The position numbers were made by a program, and so were the translations under genes. A stretch of DNA of 64,000 bases from Spirochaetia bacterium (GTDB taxonomy: Bacteria; Spirochaetota; Spirochaetia; SZUA-6; Bin103): NCBI GenBank assembly GCA_965208065.1, contig OZ242313.1:619396-683395 (forward strand), in the 5' to 3' direction. The notes beneath the pieces were generated by a model, which did not search any database, was not told the origin of the DNA, and saw only the letters and a program-made list of their open reading frames with translations. How positions within the stretch are numbered: the stretch's first letter is position 1; each line of letters opens with the position of its first letter. This document shows, piece by piece, positions 1-9,209 of this stretch.

Positions 1-953
1 CGCTTGCCGGCATCGAGTTCCAGCAGTACGTCGTCGAGCAGCAGAATCGGGCGCCGCCCGGTGGTGCGCTCGAAGAACTCCGCCTGGGCAACGCGCAGCA
101 CCAGCGACGCCAGCCGCTTCTGGCCGGTCGATCCCTGTGCGCTGAACCGTGCCTGGCCGAGCGTAATCCGGAAATCGTCGCGGTGCGGGCCGCTGGTGGT
201 GGTACCGGCGGCGAGATCTCGCTCGCGGCGCCCGCGCAACTCGGCCGCGGCATCGTCCGCGCTCGCCGCCTCGCGCCACGACGGCCGATACTCGATGTTG
301 GCGTCGCTCAGCCCGCCGATGCGGTCGCACAGATCCGCGAACACGGCCGCGAACTCGGCGCACAGGTCACCGCGGCGGGTGCGAATTTCCCATCCGGCCG
401 CGGCCAGCACCGGCTCGTATACATCGACCATACCGGCATTGCGGTCGTCGCCGGCGCGCAGCAGCGCATTGCGCGCACGCAACGCGCGCCGATAGCGCCG
501 CAGCACGTCGATGAACGACGGGTTGAACAGCGACAGCGTGTGGTCGAACAAACTGCGGCGCCGCTCCGGGTCGCCGTCGATGAAGCGCAGGTCTTCGTGG
601 GTAAAGGCGATCGCGGGCGCGAACTCGATCAGCGCGGCACGGTCGCGGATGCGCTTGCCGTCGATTGCGATACGCTTGCCGGCGCTCCGCCCGAGACCGA
701 CCCCGACACCGCGCTCCTCCCCGCCGGCTGCCAGCCGGCCCCACACGGCCGCCTCGCTGCTGCCATTGGCTATGAGGTCGCGGTCATTGCGGGTACGGAA
801 CGAGGCGCCATAGCACAGCAGGTAGACCGCCTCCAGGAAGTTGGTCTTGCCCTGGCCATTGTCGCCGATCAGGAACACGTCGCGGCCGTCCACCTCGATG
901 CGCAACGATGCGATGTTGCGAAAGTCGGTGAGCCGCAACGCCAGCAGAGCCAA
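1..953 (-). CDS. recF: DNA replication and repair protein RecF, 3'-truncated by the window edge. The start is called at TTG 953 because the translation begins LALLALRLTDFRNIASLRIEVDGRDVFLIGDNGQGKTNFLEAV.
   Basis: Minus-strand translation gives the Walker A motif GDNGQGKTN and RecF-like N-terminal sequence. The gene follows dnaN in the canonical dnaA-dnaN-recF order. The plus-strand ORF 183..1301 is antisense to it. Confidence 0.85.
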   Translation of the reverse strand, partial: MALLALRLTDFRNIASLRIEVDGRDVFLIGDNGQGKTNFLEAVYLLCYGASFRTRNDRDLIANGSSEAAVWGRLAAGGEERGVGVGLGRSAGKRIAIDGKRIRDRAALIEFAPAIAFTHEDLRFIDGDPERRRSLFDHTLSLFNPSFIDVLRRYRRALRARNALLRAGDDRNAGMVDVYEPVLAAAGWEIRTRRGDLCAEFAAVFADLCDRIGGLSDANIEYRPSWREAASADDAAAELRGRRERDLAAGTTTSGPHRDDFRITLGQARFSAQGSTGQKRLASLVLRVAQAEFFERTTGRRPILLLDDVLLELDAGK

Positions 954-962
954 TGGTCCCGC

Positions 963-2069
963 TTAACTGCTCTGCATCGGCATGACGATGTGGAAGAAGT
1001 CACCCTCCGGTTCGGGCCGCAGCGACAGGGCCTTGCCGCTGTCGGTGAACTCCAGCGCGACCTGGTCGGTGGTCATCTCGCGCAACGGATCCAGGAGGTA
1101 CTCGAAGTTGAACGCCAGCACGATCTCCGGGCCTTCGTACTCGCACGCCACCTCCTCGCGCGCCGCGCCAATCTCCCCCTCGCTCGACCGGATCACCAGA
1201 CTGTCACTGTGGCTCTCCAGGTAGATGCGGCGCGACTTCTGCTCCACGAGCAGCGAAACCCGCCGCAACCCTTCCTCGAACGCGCCGCGATCGATCAGTA
1301 ACCGCTGCTCCTGACGCTCGGGAATCACCCGCTGGTAGTTGGGAAACTGCGCTTCGATCAGGTTGGACGACAGGTGCTGGGAATCGAACGCCACGTGGAA
1401 ACTGCGCTCGCTCACCGCCATGCGCAACTCGCCCTCGCGCGGCGCCTGGCGGCGCACCACGTTCAACACCTTGGGGGGTATGATCACCCCCTTGAAATCG
1501 GCCAGGTCACCGTCGATCGCCTTCGACGCGTAGGCCAGCCGGCGTCCATCGGTGGCTACCATGATCATCTGGCTGCCCTGCTTCTCCAGGAATACCCCGT
1601 TCATGAAATACCGGGTCTCGTCGTCGGACACCGCGAACAGGGTGTGGGAAATCATCTCGATCAGGTCCTGCTTGCCAAATGCAAACGCCTGCTCTTCGGC
1701 GTCGCTCTGAAACGGCGGGTACTTGTCCGCCGCTATGCCCTTGAGCTGGAAGCGGATGTTCTTGAACACCGGACTGATGCGCAGCACAGTGTCCTCCGAT
1801 AGTTCGAGTTCCACTTCGCCGTCGGGCAAGGAACGGAGAATGCCGTGCAGCTTGTCGCAGAATACCGTCACGCTGCCCGGCTGCATGACCTCCACTGGTA
1901 TCGTCGACTCGTAATTGACCTTCAGATCGGTGGCTCGGATGGTCAATGTCCCGTCACCGGCCTCAAGCAGCACGTTGGACAGAATCGACAGCGAGTTTCG
2001 CACCGAGATAATCTCGTAGGCATTCGCGATCTCGTGCAGGATGGCTTCGCGTTCGCAGGTGAACTTCAT
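963..2069 (-). CDS. dnaN: DNA polymerase III beta sliding clamp. The start is called at the internal MKFTCEREAIL, because the 21-aa N-terminal extension in the ORF track is unlikely.
   Basis: Full-length beta-clamp sequence (MKFTCEREAILHEIANAYEIIS...LRISPVFKNIRFQLKGIAADKYPP...), lying between dnaA and recF. Confidence 0.9.
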   Translation of the reverse strand: MKFTCEREAILHEIANAYEIISVRNSLSILSNVLLEAGDGTLTIRATDLKVNYESTIPVEVMQPGSVTVFCDKLHGILRSLPDGEVELELSEDTVLRISPVFKNIRFQLKGIAADKYPPFQSDAEEQAFAFGKQDLIEMISHTLFAVSDDETRYFMNGVFLEKQGSQMIMVATDGRRLAYASKAIDGDLADFKGVIIPPKVLNVVRRQAPREGELRMAVSERSFHVAFDSQHLSSNLIEAQFPNYQRVIPERQEQRLLIDRGAFEEGLRRVSLLVEQKSRRIYLESHSDSLVIRSSEGEIGAAREEVACEYEGPEIVLAFNFEYLLDPLREMTTDQVALEFTDSGKALSLRPEPEGDFFHIVMPMQSS

Positions 2070-2199
2070 GGTCTCATTCCCTTTTACTAGATGATTGGTG
2101 GTAATGGTAGTAGTTGCCGAGGATATGTGCAAAAACAGTATAACCTATTGGAGCGATTCATTTTAACAGTCCACCGCGGCGGTTGGGGATGGCCCCCGG

Positions 2200-2280
2200 T
2201 TATCCACATTATACCCGGCTCGGGCGCGGGTGGGCCGATTGTTCACGGCCGATGCAGAGCCCGTGCACAGGTTATCCAGA
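2200..2280. promoter_or_regulatory. DnaA boxes in the dnaA-dnaN intergenic region: a perfect TTATCCACA at 2200-2208 and TTATCCAGA at 2272-2280.
   Basis: The 9-mers were read directly from the sequence. An AT-richer stretch lies at about 2083-2170. The dnaA-dnaN intergenic region is a known oriC or dnaN-promoter location in several phyla. Confidence 0.5.
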
Positions 2281-2314
2281 CCGCACCACGCCGCCATGTC
2301 GCGAGCGGGAACGC

Positions 2315-3700
2315 TCAGGCCACGCTCTTCTGGCGCAGGGAGTTGATGATTTTGTGCAGGGTCGGCTCGAGGGTGGCGTCGGTCTTGATCCGCTCGGTGA
2401 TGCGCTGGCACGCGTGCATGACCGTGGTGTGGTCGCGGCCGCCGAATTCGAGGCCCACCTCGGTGGTCGAGCTGTTGGTGAGGGATCGCGCTACGTACAT
2501 TGCCACCTGGCGGGGGAAGGCAATCGCCTTGGTGCGCTTCTTGCCCTTCAGGTCGGCCGGCGTGAGCGAGAAGTAATCGGCCACGGCGCGTTGGATGCCG
2601 TCGATGGTAATGCTCAGGTGCTCCGGTTTGGCGAAAAACTCCTGCAGCTCCCGTTGGGCGATCGGCGGCGTGATGGTGCGCTGCATCAGTTCGGTGTAGG
2701 CCGCGAGCTTGGTGAGCGCCTTCTCCAGGTCGCGGACGTTGGAGCGGATGTTGCGGCAGATCAGTTCGACGATGCCGTGCTCGAGGGACAGGCCGCGTTC
2801 TTCGATCTTGCGGGTGACGATGGCGATGCGCGTCTCGTAGGTGGGTGGTTGCAGGTCGACGTTCAGGCCGCGCTCGAAGCGGTTGATGAGACGGTCGGGC
2901 AGGTTCATCAACTCCGATACCGGGCGGTCGCTGCTGAACACCATTTGCTTGTTGGCATCGTACAGTGCGTTGAAGGTGTGGAACAGTTCCTGTTGGGTCT
3001 CCACTTTGCCCTGCAGGAACTGGATGTCGTCGATCAGCAGCACGTCGGCCGACCGGTAGCGGTTCTTGAAGCGGTGCCCGGTCTTCTCCTTGATCGACTG
3101 GATGAATTCGTTGGTAAAGGTCTCGACGGTGACGTACACCACCTTGAGGTCGGGGAGTCCGGCGTGTACGGAGTTGCCGATTGCCTGCAGGAGGTGGGTC
3201 TTGCCGAGGCCCACCCCACCGTATACCAGGCACGGGTTGTAGGCCCGGCCCGGGTTCTTGGCGATGGCGATGGCCGCGTTGAGCGCGAACGAGTTGCTCT
3301 CGCCTTCGATCAGCCGTTCGAACGTGTAATCCGGGTTGAGCTGGCTGTGCCGGCGCGGCGGCTCGACGATCCAGGGCGCCGCCGCGGCCGGTGTTGCCGC
3401 GGGCCATGGCGCGGGCACCGCCGCGTCCGGCTCCGGCTGCGCCACGTTACGAATTACGTAGGCAAGCTTGAGGCGGCGGGCCGAGAGCTCGAACAGGGTC
3501 TGCTCGAGCGCCGACTGGAAGCGCTGCGCTACCTGGTCGCGGTAGAAGGCGGATGGTACACCGAGTTCAATGATTCCTTCCTGTGAACCATGATAAGTCA
3601 TGTTGGTAAACCAGGTGTCATATTCCTGGCTGGTGATGGTGCCGCGAAACTGCGTGCGCGCCTCGTTCCAGAATGCCTCGTAATCCCAGTTATCAACCAT
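2315..3700 (-). CDS. dnaA: Chromosomal replication initiator DnaA. The start is called at MVDNWDYEAFWNEARTQ; the ORF extension up to 3868 is probably untranslated.
   Basis: AAA+ Walker A motif GGVGLGKTHLLQAIGN and a C-terminal domain IV (...VARSLTNSSTTEVGLEFGGRDHTTVMHACQRI...). Confidence 0.9.
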   Translation of the reverse strand: MVDNWDYEAFWNEARTQFRGTITSQEYDTWFTNMTYHGSQEGIIELGVPSAFYRDQVAQRFQSALEQTLFELSARRLKLAYVIRNVAQPEPDAAVPAPWPAATPAAAAPWIVEPPRRHSQLNPDYTFERLIEGESNSFALNAAIAIAKNPGRAYNPCLVYGGVGLGKTHLLQAIGNSVHAGLPDLKVVYVTVETFTNEFIQSIKEKTGHRFKNRYRSADVLLIDDIQFLQGKVETQQELFHTFNALYDANKQMVFSSDRPVSELMNLPDRLINRFERGLNVDLQPPTYETRIAIVTRKIEERGLSLEHGIVELICRNIRSNVRDLEKALTKLAAYTELMQRTITPPIAQRELQEFFAKPEHLSITIDGIQRAVADYFSLTPADLKGKKRTKAIAFPRQVAMYVARSLTNSSTTEVGLEFGGRDHTTVMHACQRITERIKTDATLEPTLHKIINSLRQKSVA

Positions 3701-4102
3701 TATTTCCCCTATCCGACACGGAGCCAAAAACCCCCGCAAAACCCGCCCGAAAGCGACTATCCAAACATTTTGTACACAAGTTATACACAGGACCCTGGAA
3801 CAGCGCTGCGAGACAAGAAGATGCCCGCCGAGGCGGAGTCTGAACCGTTTCCAGATTCTGACGTGCATTCTGAGAATGTTCTAATTATATTCATAGTAAT
3901 ATGTTGATAAAATCCAACCGATATTCTGGTGTGCAACTTGAGATGCCCGGGAGGAACCCGGAAGTACCGCAATTGCTTGCGTCTGGGGAACCTATCGGAT
4001 GTCCACAAGTTATTCACAAGCCGCCCACCAAGTATTCGATAGTATCATCCCGAAGCCGTAGCGGCAAGTCACGGTACACGATAATCTGAACGCGGAATAC
4101 GT
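3701..4102. promoter_or_regulatory. Candidate oriC / dnaA promoter region, with several DnaA-box-like 9-mers and an AT-rich DUE-like stretch.
   Basis: TTATACACA at 3781-3789. TGTTGATAA at 3902-3910 (reverse complement TTATCAACA). TGTCCACAA at 4000-4008. TTATTCACA at 4010-4018. The only strongly AT-rich segment in the first 30 kb lies at about 3868-3925 (gaatgttctaattatattcatagtaatatgttgataaaatcc). Confidence 0.45.
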
Positions 4103-5302
4103 ATGCCTGATTCGCCTGATTCGGTGCCGGTAACGGTAAATCTGGGTGAGCGGTCGGTGCTCCTCATCGGCACCGCTCACATTTCGAAACGCAGCGTCGC
4201 CGAGGTGCGCGAAGCCGTTGCCCGCGAACAGCCGGACTGCGTGTGCGTGGAGCTCGACGCCAGCCGCTACGCCACCATGAGCAGCAAGCAGCACTGGATG
4301 GAGCTGGACATCCGGCGCGTGCTCAAGCAGCGCAAGGGCTTCCTGATGCTCACCAATATCGTGCTGCACTCGTTTCAGCGCCGCCTGGGCATGGACCTGG
4401 GCGTGCAGCCGGGTGCGGAGATGGCGGCGGCGGTGGCGGCGGCCGAGGCGGACGGCATCCGATTCGCGCTGTGCGACCGAGAGATCCAGGTGACCCTGCG
4501 GCGCGCATGGCGCAACACCGGTTGGTGGGGCCGCCTCAAGCTGCTCGCGGCGTTGCTGGCGGCGGGATTCTCGAACGAGCAACTCGACGGCGAGCAGGTC
4601 GAGGCGCTCAAGGAGCGTGGCGCGTTGCAGAGCATGCTCGACGAACTCGCCGACTACCTGCCGCAGGTCAAGGAGGTGCTGATCGACGAACGCGACCGGT
4701 ACTTGGCGCAACGCATCTTCGAGGCGGGTGGCTCGCGCGTGGTCGCCGTGGTAGGCGCCGGCCACGTGCCGGGCATCCAGCGCTGGCTGTCCGCGTTCGA
4801 ACACCGCGCGCCGCGCGCCGAGGAGCTGGAGGAGTTGGACCATGTGCCGCCGCCCGGCCGGCTGGTGCGGCTGCTGCCGTGGACCATCCCGGCGCTGTTC
4901 GCGGCGCTGGTAGGATACGGGTTCCTGCGCGCTGGCGCCGAGGTGACCTTCGAGAAGCTCGCCCAGTGGGTGCTGGTGAACGGTACGCTCGCCGCCCTCG
5001 GTGCGCTCGCGGCGCTCGCCCACCCGGTGACCATCATTTCCTCGTTCGCGGCGGCGCCGATCACCTCGGTGAACCCGACCATCGGAGTGGGTATCGTGGC
5101 GGGGCTGATCCAGGCGATGGTGCGCAAGCCGAGGGTCGTGGACTTCGAGAACCTGTCGCAGGACGTAACCAGCGTGCGCGGTATTCTGCGCAACCGGGTG
5201 ACGCACATTCTCGCCGTGTTCTTCATGTCCAGCGTCGGCAGCGCGATCGGCACGTTCGTGGGGTTGTCGTTCCTGACCAGCCTGCTGCGCGGCGGCGCCT
5301 GA
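4103..5302 (+). CDS. TraB/GumN/PrgY-family protein (pheromone-shutdown-related TraB family).
   Basis: N-terminal LLIGTAHISKRSVAEV motif and the overall TraB-family architecture, with a C-terminal hydrophobic region. Confidence 0.7.
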   Translation: MPDSPDSVPVTVNLGERSVLLIGTAHISKRSVAEVREAVAREQPDCVCVELDASRYATMSSKQHWMELDIRRVLKQRKGFLMLTNIVLHSFQRRLGMDLGVQPGAEMAAAVAAAEADGIRFALCDREIQVTLRRAWRNTGWWGRLKLLAALLAAGFSNEQLDGEQVEALKERGALQSMLDELADYLPQVKEVLIDERDRYLAQRIFEAGGSRVVAVVGAGHVPGIQRWLSAFEHRAPRAEELEELDHVPPPGRLVRLLPWTIPALFAALVGYGFLRAGAEVTFEKLAQWVLVNGTLAALGALAALAHPVTIISSFAAAPITSVNPTIGVGIVAGLIQAMVRKPRVVDFENLSQDVTSVRGILRNRVTHILAVFFMSSVGSAIGTFVGLSFLTSLLRGGA

Positions 5303-5317
5303 GCAGTACTAGCTGAT

Positions 5318-5914
5318 TCAGGAGGCGGGCGGCGCCGGTCGGCGGAGCAACGCGCCGGCACGGCGCAGGGCGCGCCCGCGGTGCGACACGCGGTCTTTCT
5401 CGGCGGCGCTCAATTCGGCCATGGTGCGCCCGCCGCCGCCGACCAGGAACACCGGATCGTAGCCGAACCCGCGCGCGCCGCGCGGCTGCTGCGCAATGCG
5501 CCCCGCCACCCGCTCCTGGACCAGCAGCAGGCGCTGAGCGTCCAGGACGATCGCGATGCAGCAGATGAACGCCGCCGAGCGGTGGGCGGCGCCGTGCAGC
5601 AGCGACAGCAGGTAGGCGCAGCGACCGGCGTCGTCCAGTTCCTCTCCGGGCGGCGCGAACCGCGCCGAACGCACGCCCGGCGCACCGCCGAGCGCCGCCA
5701 CGGCGAGCCCGGAATCGTCGGCCAGCGTCGGCATGCCGATCAGGCTATGCAGGTGGCGCGCCTTGCCGAGGGCATTCTGATCGTAGGTGGATCCGGTCTC
5801 CTCGAACGCGAACGATACGCCCAGTTCGGCGGGAGTGCGCACCGCGATACCGTTCAGGATGCGGCGCACCTCGGTGACCTTATGCGGATTGTTGCTCGCC
5901 AGGACCAATTCCAT
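5318..5914 (-). CDS. rdgB: Non-canonical purine NTP pyrophosphatase RdgB/HAM1 (dITP/XTPase).
   Basis: MELVLASNNPHKVTE...LADDSGL...GFGYDPVF motifs are typical of the Ham1/RdgB family. The start is taken at the internal Met. Confidence 0.85.
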   Translation of the reverse strand: MELVLASNNPHKVTEVRRILNGIAVRTPAELGVSFAFEETGSTYDQNALGKARHLHSLIGMPTLADDSGLAVAALGGAPGVRSARFAPPGEELDDAGRCAYLLSLLHGAAHRSAAFICCIAIVLDAQRLLLVQERVAGRIAQQPRGARGFGYDPVFLVGGGGRTMAELSAAEKDRVSHRGRALRRAGALLRRPAPPAS

Positions 5915-6932
5915 AGCGGCCAAGGTAGCGTGCCGCATTGTTGTGCAGCAACCAGTTCAGGCTGGTGTCGACCGTGCCCTTGGGTACGCCCAGCACCTTG
6001 GCGATGTGGCGATTGCTCGGCGCCATCCGAATCCGCGCCAGCTCCAGTTGCGCCAGGTACAACGTGACCCGATGGCGTTCCGCCTGCATCAGCGCCTTCG
6101 CGTGCGCATGCGGCTCGGGTTCCAGGCACGCGACGGCGGTCCAGAGGTGCAGGTCCGCGAATGCCAGGTTGCGGCGCTCGACGAGCATCTGCCTGCGCAT
6201 GAGCGCCGCCTTGCGGAACCGGTACAGCCGCTTGAACACCCGCGACAGGCTGTCCGGATGGCATCCGGTCGCGGCAACGAGCACGTCGAATTGGCGGTCG
6301 TCGAGCAGGTGGGCGGTCTTCAGCAGCGCATACAGCATGCGCCGGCGCATCGGTTGCTTCGGCAACTGAAAGCGGCGCGCGCGGCGGCGGCGCGCCGGCC
6401 GCGCGGTGTGCGCGTGGTAGGCAGCGCCGGGCGCGGCTCCCGGATCGGCGATCCGCAGCACGGCAGTCGGCGTCCGGGTCGGCGTCCGGGTCGGCGCTCG
6501 CGCCCCGGTGCGCGGCCGGCGCGGTTCCGGCACCCACACCCGGGCCGACGCAACGGCGGGAACGTACGGGAGTTGCTGGCAGCCAAATTGGACCGATCGG
6601 CCCCAGGTCTGGCTGTAGAGCCCGGTCTGCCACTCCGTATCGAGTTGCTTGCGTTGGCGGAGGAAGCTGCGCAGTTGCCACTTCAGCACCGAATTGACGT
6701 AGTGCTCGAAGGGAATTCCGCGATCCGCGAAATGATCGATCATCAGTCCCAGCTTGTCGTGGCAGAACAGGAAAAAGTCGCCCGGGACATCCTCGTCCAG
6801 GTTGCGCAGCGTGTTGCGCGGAAATCGGTAGGCGTAGGCGCCGAGCTCGTTGATGAGGGCGCGCCGCCGGCGGCGCGAGGTCTGTGCCGCGAATACCCGC
6901 TCGTTGCGGCATTCGGCGGGAAACTCCAGCAT
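5880..6932 (-). CDS. Hypothetical DNA-binding protein with a C-terminal sigma-70 region-4-like HTH (IAKVLGVPKGTVDTSLNWL). It contains a PTRTPTRTPT repeat.
   Basis: Long ORF with a plausible HTH near the C-terminus. A 12-bp tandem repeat (cggcgtccgggt x2.5) at about 6465-6500 encodes the PTRTPT repeat. Function is unknown. The ORF overlaps the rdgB start by about 35 nt. Confidence 0.4.
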   Translation of the reverse strand: MLEFPAECRNERVFAAQTSRRRRRALINELGAYAYRFPRNTLRNLDEDVPGDFFLFCHDKLGLMIDHFADRGIPFEHYVNSVLKWQLRSFLRQRKQLDTEWQTGLYSQTWGRSVQFGCQQLPYVPAVASARVWVPEPRRPRTGARAPTRTPTRTPTAVLRIADPGAAPGAAYHAHTARPARRRRARRFQLPKQPMRRRMLYALLKTAHLLDDRQFDVLVAATGCHPDSLSRVFKRLYRFRKAALMRRQMLVERRNLAFADLHLWTAVACLEPEPHAHAKALMQAERHRVTLYLAQLELARIRMAPSNRHIAKVLGVPKGTVDTSLNWLLHNNAARYLGRYGIGPGEQQSA

Positions 6933-7022
6933 GTCGGTACCTCCGTGCCGGTGTCCGGAGCAAGCGTCGTGCCAGGCGGGGAGGCGCGGAGCGGCTGGAA
7001 TGGGGCGGTGGTTTACCCTGGT

Positions 7023-8012
7023 TTACTCTGTTTGGGGCGCCAGGCGGCCGATCAACAGCGTGCGCAGCGTGTGCACGGTGCCGGTCCAGGTGAATCCGGC
7101 CGCCTGCCGGTGCCCGCCGCCGCCGAACTGGCGTGCCACCGCGGCGACGTCCACCGGGGGCGCGGAGCGCAGGCTCACCGAATACTCGCCCGCGCGCCGC
7201 TCGCGGACGAACGCCAGCACGTCGCTGCCGTCCACGGTGCGCAGCAGCTGGTAGAGCTCGTCGTTACCGGCCGGGCCATCCCGGAGCGGGCGCAGATCGG
7301 CCAGCGACTGGTAGGTGAACAGGACGCGGCCGCCGTGAAACCGCTCGGTGCGCTGCAGCAGGGCGCCGAGCAGGCGGCGGTGAGCGAAGCTGCGCCCGCC
7401 GTAGATGCCCTGGTGCACGGCGCGCGGGCTGGCCCCGGCGGCCACCAGCCGGGCGGCGGCCTCGAACGCGGCGGTGCTGCCGGCCGGGATGTGGCAGAAG
7501 AAGCCGGTGTCCGTGCACAGACCGAGCAGCAGCAGTTCGGCGAGTTCGGAGCCGAGGGGGTCGCCGCTCGACTCCAGGATGAGCTGCACCAGGTAGGCGG
7601 CGGCGGGCGCCGCCGGATCGACCAGCCGCAGGTCGCCGAAGTCGGCGTCGGGGGTGCCGGGCGGACCGGGCTGATGGTGGTCGATTACCACGGTGCGCAG
7701 GCCGGCGAGCTGGGCGGCCAGCGAGCCGGTGCGCTTGGGGGAGGAACAGTCGAGCAGCACGGCGAGCGGTTTGCGGCGCAACGTGTCCGCCTCGATGGCC
7801 GGGCGGAATCGCCCCGCGTAGGCGCGAATCTCATACCGGTTGAACGGCCCGGCCGAGTACACGCCGACGCGCTTGCCGCGGCTGCTCAGGAACTCGGCGA
7901 GCGCCAGTTGCGAGGCCACGCAGTCGCCGTCCGGCTCTTCGTGGCCGAGGATCACCAGCGAGTCGGCCGCGCACAGGGCATCCAGGATCTGCCTTGGCGA
8001 GGTATCGGTCAC
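7023..8012 (-). CDS. DHH-family phosphoesterase (NrnA-like bifunctional oligoribonuclease / pAp phosphatase).
   Basis: DHH motifs (ILGHEEPDGDCVASQLAL, VIDHHQ) and a DHHA1-like C-terminus. The start is called at GTG 8012, which overlaps the upstream stop (GTGA). The 150-aa Arg-rich N-terminal extension in the ORF track was rejected. Confidence 0.75.
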   Translation of the reverse strand: MTDTSPRQILDALCAADSLVILGHEEPDGDCVASQLALAEFLSSRGKRVGVYSAGPFNRYEIRAYAGRFRPAIEADTLRRKPLAVLLDCSSPKRTGSLAAQLAGLRTVVIDHHQPGPPGTPDADFGDLRLVDPAAPAAAYLVQLILESSGDPLGSELAELLLLGLCTDTGFFCHIPAGSTAAFEAAARLVAAGASPRAVHQGIYGGRSFAHRRLLGALLQRTERFHGGRVLFTYQSLADLRPLRDGPAGNDELYQLLRTVDGSDVLAFVRERRAGEYSVSLRSAPPVDVAAVARQFGGGGHRQAAGFTWTGTVHTLRTLLIGRLAPQTE

Positions 8013-9178
8013 AGGTGCAGCACCTCGCGCTGCGGCGCGCCGCCGGACACCACCAGCGAACGCTCCTGCACGTAGGCGTTGATCTCGGTGCGCAGCCCGA
8101 ACTCCGGCCGGTAAGCGCCGGGCTCGATCGAGAAGCAGGAGCCGTCGAGCAGCGGCCGCGGGTCGGGAAACTCCACGCCGTCGAGATTGACGCCGATGCC
8201 GTGCAGGCGGGTGTCGATGGCGTGGCCGGTGCGGTGGCAGACCCACGGCAGCAGGCGGTGGCGGACGAGGATGGCGCGCACATGGCGGTCCACTTCGGCG
8301 CCGGTGACCGGCTGCGCCGCGGCAAGGCGCTCGCCAATGAACGCCACCGCGCCGTCGCGTGCGGCGCACAGGGCGGCGAAGGTCTCCGCTACCGGCGCCG
8401 GCACGGCGGGCCCGGTAAACGCGACCCATGAAATGTCGGCGTATACCCCATCGGCGCCCGCCTCGCGGGCCCACAGGTCGAACTGCACCACCTGCTCGGC
8501 CGCGATCGGCGCGCCGGCGCCGGCCGGCTGGTAATGCGGGTCGTTGCTGTGCTTGCCGGCCGCCACCAGGGGCGCTTCCTCGGTAATCAGCCCGTGGCGC
8601 TCGAACGCCGCGCTGATCCAGTCGCGCACCTCCCCCTCGCTGACCGCCGCCCCGCCGCGCAGCCGGTCCACCAGGCGCTGCCAGGCGGCGTCGAGCACGC
8701 CGCGCACCTGGACCGCCGCGCGGTCGTGGCTGGCGCGCCCGGCGGCGCTCAGCACGCCGAGGACACGCTGGATCAACGTCTCCGCGGGCAGCACCGGGAT
8801 GGCGAGCTCACGCAGTAGCGTCACCAGGCCATGGTCGACCAGCGACAGGGCGGGGATGGTGGCCGAGTAGTTGACCGCTACCGGGGTGCGGTGCGGGCAG
8901 GCGGCGCGCAGCCGGGCCACGAACTCCTCGCGCGAGGCGTAGGTGGCCACCGGTCCCGGCAGGTGGGCGAGCACCCCCGCCTCGATGGCGTGCACGATGC
9001 GCGAGACGGTGCCGTCGGCACGCACCAGCGCCGCCCAGGGACGGGTGTTCATGGCGTCGGCGGGCACCCCGAGGATGGCGTCCGCGACGTCGTCGCGGTG
9101 ATATACGTTGTAGAACAGCCAGCCGTCGATGCCGGCGGCGCGCAGCGCGGACGCCGCACGTCCGAGATGGTCTGCCAT
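8009..9178 (-). CDS. M24-family metallopeptidase (Xaa-Pro aminopeptidase / creatinase-like).
   Basis: HRTGHAIDTRLHGIGVNLD...FSIEPG pita-bread metal-binding motifs. Confidence 0.8.
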   Translation of the reverse strand: MADHLGRAASALRAAGIDGWLFYNVYHRDDVADAILGVPADAMNTRPWAALVRADGTVSRIVHAIEAGVLAHLPGPVATYASREEFVARLRAACPHRTPVAVNYSATIPALSLVDHGLVTLLRELAIPVLPAETLIQRVLGVLSAAGRASHDRAAVQVRGVLDAAWQRLVDRLRGGAAVSEGEVRDWISAAFERHGLITEEAPLVAAGKHSNDPHYQPAGAGAPIAAEQVVQFDLWAREAGADGVYADISWVAFTGPAVPAPVAETFAALCAARDGAVAFIGERLAAAQPVTGAEVDRHVRAILVRHRLLPWVCHRTGHAIDTRLHGIGVNLDGVEFPDPRPLLDGSCFSIEPGAYRPEFGLRTEINAYVQERSLVVSGGAPQREVLHL

Positions 9179-9209
9179 ACGGGGATGGTCGAGCTTCGCG
9201 GCTCAGCGG

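Noticed and set aside
183-1301. 372-aa plus-strand ORF across the recF region
   Set aside because: It is antisense to a well-supported recF (Walker A, synteny). It is Arg/Ala-rich with no motifs, an artefact of high G+C.
5787-8075. 762-aa plus-strand ORF
   Set aside because: It overlaps, on the opposite strand, the HTH gene and the DHH gene, which have clear homology. Low-complexity R/G/A composition.
7023-8474. 483-aa version of the DHH phosphoesterase
   Set aside because: The first 154 codons are Arg-rich and overlap the upstream M24 peptidase gene. The GTG at 8012 gives a canonical NrnA-length protein.
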